Below, in pieces: positions 8,568 through 17,508 of a DNA stretch of 64,000 nucleotides; position 1 is the stretch's first letter; each line of letters starts with the position of its first letter. This stretch comes from Syntrophaceae bacterium UBA6112 (GTDB lineage Bacteria; Desulfobacterota; Syntrophia; Syntrophales; UBA5619), in the NCBI GenBank assembly GCA_002423465.1, contig DIWG01000018.1, positions 12,323 through 76,322 of the forward strand, read 5' to 3'. The translations under genes and the position numbers were made by a program. The notes below the pieces were generated by a model. The model did no database searches, was not told where the DNA came from, and saw only the letters and a program-made list of their open reading frames with translations.

Positions 8568-9995
8568 TCACGAAAACATCGCGTATTTATTTTCCGTCGT
8601 TCCGACGCTCGTCCGGAGCGCCGCTTCGGTCACCGCCTGGGCGACCTTTTTCGATACATTCCGGTTGAAGACGCTGGGAACGATGTGTTGTTCCATCAGC
8701 TCTTCGGGGGGAACACAGGAGGCGATGGCATAGGCCGCCGCGATGAGCATCTCCTGGTTGATCTCACGGGCCCGGCAATCGAATACCCCCCGGAAAAGCC
8801 CGGGAAAGCAGAGAATATCGCTCAGTTGATTGTCATAGTCCGGTCGACCGGTGGCGATCACCCGCGCAAAGGATTCGGCCTCCTCGGGCAGAATCTCCGG
8901 AACGGGGTTGGCCATGGCAAAAATGATGGCATCCCCTGCCATCCGCCGGATATCCTCGACGGCCACCGCCCGCGCTTCGGAAACGCCGATCAACACGTCG
9001 GCCCCTCGGAGGGCCCTGCCGATTGCGCCCTTGAGCTGATCCGGGTTGGTGAGGCCGGAGATCTCCTTCTTGATGGGATTCATATTCTCGGGGCGTCCCC
9101 GGTAGAGGATCCCGGCCCGGTCGCAGCCGATGATCTGACCGACGCCCGAGGCAATCAGGAGCCGGATCGTTGCGATGCCTGCCGCGCCGAGACCGCAGAC
9201 GACGATCCGCACATCTTCCAGTCTTTTTCCCACGACCTTCAGGGCGTTGATCAGCCCCGCCAGAACCACCACGGCCGTGCCGTGCTGATCGTCGTGAAAG
9301 ACGGGAATATCCATCTCCTTCTTCAAGCGGCTCTCGATCTCGAAACAGCGCGGACTGGAGATGTCCTCCAGGCTGATGGCGCCGAAGCCGGGAGAGATCC
9401 ACTTCACCGCCCGGATGATCTCCTCCGTGTTCCGGGTGTTGAGACAGATGGGAAAGGCGTCAATTTCGGCAAAGTTCTTGAAGAGAAGCGCCTTTCCTTC
9501 CATGACCGGCAGCGCCGCCGCCGGCCCGATATCGCCGAGGCCGAGAACAGCCGTACCGTCCGTGACGATCGCCACGCTGTTCTTTTTCATGGTCAGTTCA
9601 TAAACGCGTTCCGGTTGATCGTAAATGGCCATCGCCACCCGGGCGACGCCCGGCGTATAGGCCATCGCGAGATCATCGCGGGTTTTCAGCGGAATCTTGC
9701 TCTTCAGCTCAATTTTTCCCCCTTGATGGATGAGAAGGGTCCGGTCCGCCACGTTGAGGATCTTGATCTCCTTGATCCGCCGGACTGCGGCGATGATCAG
9801 CTTCGCCATGTCGAGATCCGCCGCACCGGCCTCGATATCGCGGATGATACGGCCTTGGTTGAATCCCACGATGTCGACGGCTCCCATATTACCTCCGGCC
9901 CTGCCGATGGCAGTCAGGACCTTTCCAAGCATCCCGGGCCGTTTGGGAAGCTCGACCCGCAGCACCACACTGTAACCTGAACCCGTCTTGATCAT
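8568..9995 (-). CDS. NAD(P)-dependent malic enzyme with an N-terminal ACT regulatory domain
   Basis: An ACT-like N-terminus (VVLRVELPKRPGMLGKVLTAIG) is followed by the malic enzyme motifs AYTPGVA, GLGDIGPAAALPVMEGKALLFK and the Rossmann VVCGLGAAGIA. Confidence 0.9.
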   Translation of the reverse strand: MIKTGSGYSVVLRVELPKRPGMLGKVLTAIGRAGGNMGAVDIVGFNQGRIIRDIEAGAADLDMAKLIIAAVRRIKEIKILNVADRTLLIHQGGKIELKSKIPLKTRDDLAMAYTPGVARVAMAIYDQPERVYELTMKKNSVAIVTDGTAVLGLGDIGPAAALPVMEGKALLFKNFAEIDAFPICLNTRNTEEIIRAVKWISPGFGAISLEDISSPRCFEIESRLKKEMDIPVFHDDQHGTAVVVLAGLINALKVVGKRLEDVRIVVCGLGAAGIATIRLLIASGVGQIIGCDRAGILYRGRPENMNPIKKEISGLTNPDQLKGAIGRALRGADVLIGVSEARAVAVEDIRRMAGDAIIFAMANPVPEILPEEAESFARVIATGRPDYDNQLSDILCFPGLFRGVFDCRAREINQEMLIAAAYAIASCVPPEELMEQHIVPSVFNRNVSKKVAQAVTEAALRTSVGTTENKYAMFS

Positions 9996-10117
9996 AAACC
10001 TGCCTCCTCCTTGCCGATACGATGCAGCCCGCGCCTGTCCTCAAAAGGGTCGGGAAAACATTGTCACTTTATACGCCGCATTGCAGCAAAGTCAACGGGT
10101 ATCAAACGGCCGAAACG

Positions 10118-10205
10118 GATAAATTTGAATTGTCGATCGATTCCTTTTTCGGTGACATCGGTGACAATTCCGTGCTAAGAAGGGATAAACTTGAATCGAT
10201 TTTAT
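10118..10205 (+). promoter_or_regulatory. Two direct AT-rich repeats (GATAAAtTTGAATtgtCGAT and GATAAAcTTGAATCGAT), possible Fur-type operators upstream of feoAB
   Basis: The repeats lie at 10118-10142 and 10184-10205 in the feoAB leader. They partly resemble the GATAAT-type Fur box. A short direct repeat ggtgaca x2 lies between them. Confidence 0.25.
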
Positions 10206-10218
10206 TTTTACGGAATGA

Positions 10219-12471
10219 ATGATGCCGACAAATGAAACCTGCCGCCCCGTCTCCTCCCTCAGAGAGGGCGAAGAGGGAATCATCCATGCAATCGCCGGCG
10301 GCAATGCCCTGATCAGCAGGCTTGCGGGCATGGGGATCGCCCTCAATACAAAGATCCGATTCCTCCAGGCCAGCGGCGGCTTGGTCATCGTCCAGGTGGC
10401 CGATACGCGGGTTGCCTTGGGAACAGGCGAGGCCGCGAAGATCGTAGTCGACTGCCTGCCCTCCCGTGAGAAAGGGAACCGACCAAGCGACATCGTGCCG
10501 CTCCTTGTCGCCCTCGCGGGTCAGCCCAACGCGGGGAAATCGACGGTATTCAACATTCTGACGGGGCTTTCACAGCACGTCGGCAATTGGCCCGGAAAAA
10601 CCGTCGAGAAGAAAGAGGGCGCCCACACGGCGGACGGCGTGGAGATGCGGATCGTCGATCTCCCCGGAACATACAGTCTGACGGCCTTCTCGGAAGAGGA
10701 GCGGGTTGCCCGGGAATTCGTCATCCATGAAGCGCCCGACGTCATCGTCCTGCTGGCGAATGCGGCCGCCCTGGAGAGAAGCCTTTACCTCCTCGCGGAA
10801 CTTCTCCTCCTCGGCCCGCCGGTGATCGTGGCACTCAACATGCTGGACGTGGCGGAGAAACAGGGGATCCGGGTCGACGCCGCTGCGCTGGAAAAGGTCC
10901 TCGGAATCCCGGTTGTCCCGATGGTCGCTACGAAAAACCGCGGCATCCGGGAACTCGTGCAGCGGATCATCGCCGTTTCCCGCGGAAAAGCGATCTACCG
11001 GCCGAGGCTCCCCGAGGTTTCGCCAAACCACCGCGATGTCTTCCTGAAGCTGTCGGAATGGATTCGTGATTCGGTTCCTGCTCCCTACACGCCGCCTTGG
11101 GTGACCGCCAAATTGATGGAGGGAGACCCGGAAATCTCGACGATGATGGAAGGGGTTCTCCCTGTCCCGGTCTGGGAGCAAATCCGTTCGCTGCTGATCG
11201 CCCACGAGGATTCCCTCCATGCCGTCGTCTGCGGCCGCTACGACTGGGTCGAAGAGATCACCCGCGCCTGCGTCTCCCGGTTCCGGATGGGCCAGGTCGT
11301 CATGACCGACCGGATCGACCACATCCTGACCCGACCCGTCTTCGGCATCCCGATTCTCCTCGCCGTCCTCGCCTGCGTCTTCTTCCTGACCTACAAGATC
11401 GGCTTCCCGCTCCAAAAACTGCTCGAGAAGCTCGCCGGCGGTTTCGCCGGCGGCATCGAGCCGCTTCTGTCGGCTGCGCCGGTCTGGCTCCGGGGGCTCT
11501 TGATCGACGGGGTGATCGGGGGTGTGGGATCGGTCTTGACCTTTCTCCCCATCCTGCTGATCTTTTTTGCCGCGCTCGCCATCCTCGAGGACGTGGGCTA
11601 CATGGCCCGGGCCGCCTTCGTCATGGACCGCTTCATGCACCTGGTCGGACTGCACGGCAAGAGCTTTATCCCGATGTGCCTCGGTTTCGGCTGCAATGTT
11701 CCCGCAATCCTGGGCGTCCGGATCATCGAATCCAAAAAGGCAAGGCTGCTGACGATGCTGCTGACCCCCTTCGTCCCCTGTACCGCTCGTCTCGCCGTGT
11801 TGACCTTCGTCACCGCCGCCGTCTTCGCGGCACACGCGGCGGCCATTGTCTGGTCGTTTGTGGCGCTCAACATCCTCATCCTCGGCCTGACGGGAATGGT
11901 CGTCCACACCTTCCTGATGAGGGACGCTCCGACCCCCTTCATTATGGAACTCCCCCTCTACCATCAACCGAACCCGAAAACGATTCTGAACGTCATCCGG
12001 GCACGGACCGTTGCCTTCGTCCGCAAGGCGGGAACCGTGATCCTCACGGTCTCGATTCTCGTCTGGCTTCTCTCGTACTTTCCCGACGGACAGACGGAGA
12101 CCAGCATCCTCGCGGGGATCGGTCGTTTTCTGGAGCCGCTCGGCCGTCCCCTCGGCCTCGACTGGAAGATGGTGACGGCGCTCCTCACCAGCCTCGTGGC
12201 CAAGGAGAACGCGGTGGCCACGCTCGGCGTCCTCTACGGCGTCGGCGACCAGGGGCTGCTCCAGACCCTCCCGTCGGTGATGAGTCACGCCTCGGCGCTC
12301 TCTTTCCTGACGGTCGTGATGCTCTTTGTTCCCTGTGCGGCAACAATCGAGGTTATGCGGCGGGAGATGAACGACGGGCTCTGGTTCGGCGCCTCCCTCA
12401 CCCTCACGCTCGCCGTCTCTTACCTGGGAGGCATGGCGGTCTACCGGCTCGCCCTCTGGACCGGGATCTGA
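10219..12471 (+). CDS. feoB: Ferrous iron transporter FeoB with a fused N-terminal FeoA domain
   Basis: FeoA-like SH3 segment (EGEEGIIHAIAGGNALISRLAGMGI), then the G-domain GQPNAGKSTVFNILTG, then a polytopic permease domain. Confidence 0.9.
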   Translation: MMPTNETCRPVSSLREGEEGIIHAIAGGNALISRLAGMGIALNTKIRFLQASGGLVIVQVADTRVALGTGEAAKIVVDCLPSREKGNRPSDIVPLLVALAGQPNAGKSTVFNILTGLSQHVGNWPGKTVEKKEGAHTADGVEMRIVDLPGTYSLTAFSEEERVAREFVIHEAPDVIVLLANAAALERSLYLLAELLLLGPPVIVALNMLDVAEKQGIRVDAAALEKVLGIPVVPMVATKNRGIRELVQRIIAVSRGKAIYRPRLPEVSPNHRDVFLKLSEWIRDSVPAPYTPPWVTAKLMEGDPEISTMMEGVLPVPVWEQIRSLLIAHEDSLHAVVCGRYDWVEEITRACVSRFRMGQVVMTDRIDHILTRPVFGIPILLAVLACVFFLTYKIGFPLQKLLEKLAGGFAGGIEPLLSAAPVWLRGLLIDGVIGGVGSVLTFLPILLIFFAALAILEDVGYMARAAFVMDRFMHLVGLHGKSFIPMCLGFGCNVPAILGVRIIESKKARLLTMLLTPFVPCTARLAVLTFVTAAVFAAHAAAIVWSFVALNILILGLTGMVVHTFLMRDAPTPFIMELPLYHQPNPKTILNVIRARTVAFVRKAGTVILTVSILVWLLSYFPDGQTETSILAGIGRFLEPLGRPLGLDWKMVTALLTSLVAKENAVATLGVLYGVGDQGLLQTLPSVMSHASALSFLTVVMLFVPCAATIEVMRREMNDGLWFGASLTLTLAVSYLGGMAVYRLALWTGI

Positions 12472-12482
12472 TTGTACTCAAA

Positions 12483-12518
12483 GGGTCTGTAACGGAATAA
12501 CGGTTGCATTACAGACCC
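12483..12518. terminator. Bidirectional stem-loop between convergent feoB and the KS-partner gene
   Basis: gggtctgtaa (16-nt loop) ttacagaccc forms a perfect 10-bp stem in the 60-nt convergent intergenic gap. There is no strong U-tract. Confidence 0.45.
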
Positions 12519-12531
12519 TGAAACCGGCGAC

Positions 12532-13767
12532 TCATTTCAGGGTCGTCTTTTCCGCCTCAAATACGAGACAGGCATACGTTCCTCCGAAGGAGATCCCGCT
12601 CAGGAGCGCTTTGTTGACGGGCCGGTGAAGGGTCTCCCCGATTACGAACGGGAGGGGACAGAGGGGCGCCGTCAAGCCCGCGACCGGCGGTACGACCCCT
12701 TCCCGGACCGACAGGGCCAGCGCTGCGGCCCGAATCCCGCCGGAGGCGAAGATCTCCCCCGTCGCCCCCTTGAGGGATGTGATCAGCGGGCTCCCGTCAC
12801 CCCCGCCGAAATGTTGTTCAACCGCCGCCGCCTCGACGGCGTCGAGCCGGAGCCCGCCGTTTCCGGCAGCCTGGATGCAATCGATCTCCGACGGTTTCGC
12901 TCCGGCCATCCGGAGGGCGCGTCCCAGGGCCAGCATGAATCCACGGGGATCGTCGGGCCATTCCGTCTGCGGCAAGGGAGAGGAAGCCAGCCCCCAGCCC
13001 GAAATTTCACAATAACATTTCGCCCTGCGCTCCCGGGCGAGATCCTCCGCCTCCAGACAGACGATCCCGCACCCCTCCCCCATGACGGCGCCGTTGCGGG
13101 CGAGATCGAACGGCCGGGCGCCTTCCGGGCCGCCATCCGTCGGGGAGAGGGAATGGAAACGTCCGAGGGCTTCGTAGAAGAAGGGCGACAGGATGTCCGC
13201 CCCGCCGGCCAGGATCACGTCCGCCGTGCCGCGCCGGATCTCCATCGCGGCGTAGGCAATGGCCGTCTCGGCGGAGACGGCTTGATGGTTGACCGTCGTA
13301 TTCACCCCGCGGAATCCCAGTTCGATAGAGGCGTGACCGGCAGGGGCATTCATCACCGTATTGGGGACATGGATCGGGTTGACCATGCCGGGACCTTCCG
13401 TAAACAGGATCCGGGCGCTTTGGACCTTCTGCTCCGTGTTCCCGAAGGCCGTCCCCATGATGATCCCGATCCGGTCCCGATTCGTCTCCGTAACGGCAAT
13501 CCCGGCGTCGTCCAGGGCCATCCGGACGGAGGCCGTCGTCATGGCGGACAGGCGATCCATCTTCCTTAGATTTTTCAGAGAAATGAAATCGCGGGGCTGA
13601 AAATCCCGAATCTCCGCCCCCAGGTGCGATCCGAAATCTTCGGTCGGGAAGGAAACGATCTCCCGGATGCCCGTCCCGCCGCGGCAGAGGGCATCCCAAA
13701 ACCTCTCCTTCCCCACGCCCAGAGGCGTGACCATCCCCATCCCGGTAACGACGACCCGTCTATCCAC
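12532..13767 (-). CDS. Ketosynthase-family protein lacking the Cys-His-His triad (chain-length-factor-like KS partner)
   Basis: Full-length KS fold. The catalytic positions read GVNTTVNHQAVSAETAI (no Cys), IQAAGNGGLRLD (no His) and KGATGEIFASGG (no His). An 8-nt overlap with the upstream catalytic KS suggests translational coupling. Confidence 0.85.
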   Translation of the reverse strand: MDRRVVVTGMGMVTPLGVGKERFWDALCRGGTGIREIVSFPTEDFGSHLGAEIRDFQPRDFISLKNLRKMDRLSAMTTASVRMALDDAGIAVTETNRDRIGIIMGTAFGNTEQKVQSARILFTEGPGMVNPIHVPNTVMNAPAGHASIELGFRGVNTTVNHQAVSAETAIAYAAMEIRRGTADVILAGGADILSPFFYEALGRFHSLSPTDGGPEGARPFDLARNGAVMGEGCGIVCLEAEDLARERRAKCYCEISGWGLASSPLPQTEWPDDPRGFMLALGRALRMAGAKPSEIDCIQAAGNGGLRLDAVEAAAVEQHFGGGDGSPLITSLKGATGEIFASGGIRAAALALSVREGVVPPVAGLTAPLCPLPFVIGETLHRPVNKALLSGISFGGTYACLVFEAEKTTLK

Positions 13768-15019
13768 GCCGTCCTCCCTCTTCCCGGAAACGGCCGAAAA
13801 TCACCGTCGTGTTGTTCCCGCCAAAGGCGAACGAGTTGGAGAGAACGACGTCCGGCGCGATGGGCCGGGCGCCTGTCGTTACATAATCCAGATCGCACTC
13901 CGGATCCGGCGTCTCGCGGTGGATCGTGGGTGGGATGAAGCCCTCCGTGATGGCGAGGACGGAGACAACCGCCTCCAGCGCCCCGGAGGCGCCGAGGGTG
14001 TGGCCGTGCATCGACTTCGTCGAGCTGACGGGGATCCGCCCGGCCCGCGGGCCGAAAACCTCCTTGATCGCCCGCGTCTCCATGAGGTCATTGGGCGGCG
14101 TCGCCGTGCCGTGGGCGTTGATGTAATCGACCGCCTCCGGCCCAAGATTCGCGTCCCTGAGGGCCGCCTGCATCGCCCGAATCGCCCCGGAGGCGCCGAC
14201 GTCCGGCGCGGTCATGTGGTGGGAATCGCAGGTGACGCCGTAGCCCAGCACCTCGGCCAGAATCCGCGCCCCCCTTTGCTTCGCGTCCGCAAGGGATTCC
14301 AGGATCAGGATTCCCGCCGCCTCGCCGAGGGTGAGACCGGCGCGGTTTCCGGAAAAGGGCCGGCAGTATTCGGGATCGACGGCCTTCAGGGCATTGAATG
14401 AAGCAAAGGTCATCCGGCAGAGGGGTTCCGTACCGCCGGCGATCATCGCCCGGGCAGCGCCGCTGCGGATCAGGTCCCTCCCCAGGCCGACGGCCGTCGC
14501 CCCGGAGGAACAGGCCGTCATGAGGGTGATTTTCGGTCCCATGAGGTTGAATCTCGTGACCAGATGATTGGCCGTCGAGGCGCAGCATACCGGTGAGAGT
14601 CGGGAAAAACGGGCGCTCCGTCCCCCCTTCCGGAGATAATCCCGGAAGAAGGCTTCCGCCTCCAGCAGGCCCCCGGCCCCGCCGCCGATGACGACGCCCA
14701 TCTCCTCCCGCAGCGTCTCCGGAACGGGATCAAGCCCCGCCTGGGCGAGGGCCTGGAAGGTCGCCGTCAAGGCCAGCAGGTCCGAACGGGACATCCGCTT
14801 CCGGGATATGCCGCGGGGGATCCCATCCCGGGGACGAAAGTCCTTGACCTGGGCGCCGTTATGGGTGCGGAATCCATCGGTATCAAAGAGGGTGATCGGC
14901 CCGATGCCGCACACCCCGTTGCGCAGCGCGACGGTGAACTCCCCGGGATCGCCCGCAACGGCGTTAACCGTCCCCAGGCCCGTGATCACCACCCTTTTTT
15001 CGTCAGTCCCGATTGCCAT
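13760..15019 (-). CDS. Beta-ketoacyl-ACP synthase (FabF-like, catalytic)
   Basis: LMTACSSGATAVG, INAHGTATPPND and SMHGHTLGASGA give an intact Cys-His-His triad. The ATG at 15019 (MAIGTDEKRVVITGLG) is preferred over the track start at 15058. Confidence 0.85.
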   Translation of the reverse strand: MAIGTDEKRVVITGLGTVNAVAGDPGEFTVALRNGVCGIGPITLFDTDGFRTHNGAQVKDFRPRDGIPRGISRKRMSRSDLLALTATFQALAQAGLDPVPETLREEMGVVIGGGAGGLLEAEAFFRDYLRKGGRSARFSRLSPVCCASTANHLVTRFNLMGPKITLMTACSSGATAVGLGRDLIRSGAARAMIAGGTEPLCRMTFASFNALKAVDPEYCRPFSGNRAGLTLGEAAGILILESLADAKQRGARILAEVLGYGVTCDSHHMTAPDVGASGAIRAMQAALRDANLGPEAVDYINAHGTATPPNDLMETRAIKEVFGPRAGRIPVSSTKSMHGHTLGASGALEAVVSVLAITEGFIPPTIHRETPDPECDLDYVTTGARPIAPDVVLSNSFAFGGNNTTVIFGRFREEGGRRG

Positions 15020-15093
15020 GAACGATTCCTGTCGCCGCTCTTTTCGAATCGAAGCCACACTCTACCGTCACGCTGAAAAAAGTCAATTCCTTC

Positions 15094-15867
15094 TTATCCC
15101 CCGGCCAGACGTTTCCGATAGAGCCCCCGGATTTCATGGATGAGAGTGGAGAGGCGGAAGGCGGGATCGCCGTAGTCGGGATCAAAAGCGCCGATCCTCT
15201 CCACGTCGATCGTGACGGGGACGCAGGTGTTGAACCGGAAGCGTCCCGGCACAAACAAACGGCCCGTGTCGCGGATCAGCAGACATTGAATCGGCGCGCG
15301 GCAGTACCGGGCGATGCTGAAGGCGCCCTTGTTGAACGGCCCGAGCCGGCCGGAACGGCTTCGGGTCCCCTCGGGAAAGATAAAGACATTGCCGCCTGAT
15401 GCAAGATATTCCCCGATATTTTCAATGTTTTGAATCATCTGCGACGCATCACCGTCTCCCGCCTGTGAGGGGATGTAACCGGATTGCCGCAAGATCCTGC
15501 CAAAGACAGGCACGTTGAAAAAGGCGCTTTTGACGATCGTCTTCTGTTTCTCGAACAGGGAGATGAGGAGGATCGGATCGAGATAAGACAGGTGGTTGCA
15601 GACGATGATGGACGAGCGTATCGTCCTGACCTCATCGCGGATATTCAGAGTGACTCCAGGAGTGATGAGGCGGAGCAAACGGAAAAAACCGTGGAAAAAA
15701 CGCTGATTCAGGCGCTGGAAGGCAGCCTCCCGATCCGCGCGCCGGAGCAGGACCATCGCATAGCGGGGGGAAAACAAAAGGAAGAATCCAAATGTGAAAT
15801 AGCCCCAGAGCAGGAGCGTCACGACAACATCCAGCAGCGGTTTGAATGGTTTGGCGGGGAAGAACAT
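15094..15867 (-). CDS. Lysophospholipid acyltransferase (PlsC/LPLAT family, 1-acyl-sn-glycerol-3-phosphate acyltransferase-like)
   Basis: HX4D motif VCNHLSYLDPI and FPEGTRSRSG, with an N-terminal TM segment. The ATG at 15867 leaves an 8-nt gap to the upstream KS. The track start at 15993 would overlap that KS. Confidence 0.8.
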   Translation of the reverse strand: MFFPAKPFKPLLDVVVTLLLWGYFTFGFFLLFSPRYAMVLLRRADREAAFQRLNQRFFHGFFRLLRLITPGVTLNIRDEVRTIRSSIIVCNHLSYLDPILLISLFEKQKTIVKSAFFNVPVFGRILRQSGYIPSQAGDGDASQMIQNIENIGEYLASGGNVFIFPEGTRSRSGRLGPFNKGAFSIARYCRAPIQCLLIRDTGRLFVPGRFRFNTCVPVTIDVERIGAFDPDYGDPAFRLSTLIHEIRGLYRKRLAGG

Positions 15868-15875
15868 GGCGGATT

Positions 15876-17114
15876 TCAAACAAACCTCTTGATCAGCAGG
15901 TTCGTATTGACGCCGCCGAAGGCAAAGTTCTGGATGCCCGCAATATGGATCGGCTGTTCCCGCAGATGCATGGTATGGCGGATCATGGCACACCGCTCGT
16001 CGGGTTCTTCCAGATTGAGCGTCGGAGCGATAAATCCATCATGCATCATGTAGAGGGTCAGGATAGTTTCGATGGCGCCGCACGAACCCATCGTATGCCC
16101 CATGTATCCCTTGAGCCCGGTCACGAAGGGACCCTCTCCGTAAACGGCATGGATGGCCTGGGCTTCGATCACATCACCCATCTTGGTTCCTGTGGCGTGG
16201 GCGCTGACGAAGTCAACCTCATCGGCCGTTAGGGCCGCGTCATCGAGGCCGATACGCAGGGTTTCGCTGATTCCGGCGCGATTCGGCAGGATGAGATCGC
16301 CCCCGTTGTTGTTACAGGCAAAACCGACGACCTCGCCCAGAATGGCGGCCCCGCGCTTCCTCGCATGTTCGTATTCTTCCAGCAGCACCGCTCCGGCGCC
16401 CTCTCCGACGACCAGCCCGTCGCGTTGCCGGTCGAACGGCCGCGGCGTGCATTGAGGCCGGTCGTTGAAGGCCGTTGAACAGGCCAGCAGATTGTCGAAG
16501 ACGGCCACGGTGGTCGTATCGTACTCATCCGCCCCGCCGCACAGCATCGCATCCTGCATGCCGAATTTGACCGCCTCGTAGCCGAAGCCGATGGATTGGC
16601 TGCTGGTCGTGCAGGCCGTGGAGGAGGAGATGACCCGGCCGGTGATGCCGAACATCTTCGTGATGTTCACCGCCGTCGTATGGACCATGGACTTGAGGTA
16701 ATCGACGGCGCCGATGGCGCGAAATTCGGTTTGGGAAGCGCCGAAAAAGGTTTTGTAGATCTCCCTCTGGATGGTGGGACTGCCGTGGGTGGAGCCGAAA
16801 GCGACGCCCAGGCGGCCGGAGGTCACGAATTCCGGCGGCAGGCCGGCCTGCTCGAGAACCTCCTTGGCCACCTGGCAGGCGTAATACGCGACAGGCCCCA
16901 TGGTCTTCCGGTAAAGTCTCCGGAAGTCGAAGACAGGCGGATTTTCCACCGTCCCGAAGACCTGGGAATGGATGAATTTCGACAGGAGGTGATCCTCCCG
17001 GAGCGGTTTGACGCCGGAGACGCCCCGTTGCAGGCTGTCCACGATCTCCGCCCGCGTATGGCCGATGGGCGTGACGGCCGAACAAGCCGTGATGACGACT
17101 CTTCTTCCCTTCAT
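15876..17114 (-). CDS. Beta-ketoacyl-ACP synthase (catalytic)
   Basis: SSSTACTTSSQSIG, VSAHATGTKMGD and GYMGHTMGSCGAIE. Confidence 0.9.
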   Translation of the reverse strand: MKGRRVVITACSAVTPIGHTRAEIVDSLQRGVSGVKPLREDHLLSKFIHSQVFGTVENPPVFDFRRLYRKTMGPVAYYACQVAKEVLEQAGLPPEFVTSGRLGVAFGSTHGSPTIQREIYKTFFGASQTEFRAIGAVDYLKSMVHTTAVNITKMFGITGRVISSSTACTTSSQSIGFGYEAVKFGMQDAMLCGGADEYDTTTVAVFDNLLACSTAFNDRPQCTPRPFDRQRDGLVVGEGAGAVLLEEYEHARKRGAAILGEVVGFACNNNGGDLILPNRAGISETLRIGLDDAALTADEVDFVSAHATGTKMGDVIEAQAIHAVYGEGPFVTGLKGYMGHTMGSCGAIETILTLYMMHDGFIAPTLNLEEPDERCAMIRHTMHLREQPIHIAGIQNFAFGGVNTNLLIKRFV

Positions 17115-17159
17115 GGGCGGGCGGATGCCTCCTTTCGCGCCGGTGCCATCCGACTGGAT

Positions 17160-17429
17160 CTAAGCATGCGCTCCCCCCTCCCTTACCCGGACCAACCCCT
17201 CGACATAGTCAACGATCTGGTTGATGGTCCGGATCCCCATCGCCGATTTCTTCTCGTCGTGGGTCAACTCGGACTTCAGAAACCGTTCGATCCCGATGAG
17301 CAGTTCGATTGCGTCCACACTGTCGAACTCGTAGGTTTCGCGCAGGTCGTCATCCAGGCCGGGATGTTCGATCTCGAATTCACTCCTGAAAATAGTGAGG
17401 ATTTCCGTGGTGATCTCTTCTCTTGTCAT
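17160..17429 (-). CDS. Acyl carrier protein
   Basis: Phosphopantetheine attachment motif YEFDSVDAIELLIGIE. The start at M11 (17429) is preferred because of the upstream GGGAAG. Confidence 0.8.
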   Translation of the reverse strand: MTREEITTEILTIFRSEFEIEHPGLDDDLRETYEFDSVDAIELLIGIERFLKSELTHDEKKSAMGIRTINQIVDYVEGLVRVREGGAHA

Positions 17430-17508
17430 CGTCTTCCCATCTTTACGGTCCATTTGCATGATCGGGTTTGTGAAGGATTATAATGATTTCCTGGATGGAT
17501 GGCAAGCC

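Noticed and set aside
8517-9980. 487-aa plus-strand ORF
   Set aside because: It is antisense to the malic enzyme gene, which has clear motifs. Shadow ORF.
10570-12288. 572-aa minus-strand ORF and the 467-aa plus-strand ORF at 11097-12500
   Set aside because: One is antisense and the other out of frame relative to feoB. Both have Arg/Asp/Gly-rich or Arg/Pro-rich nonsense composition.
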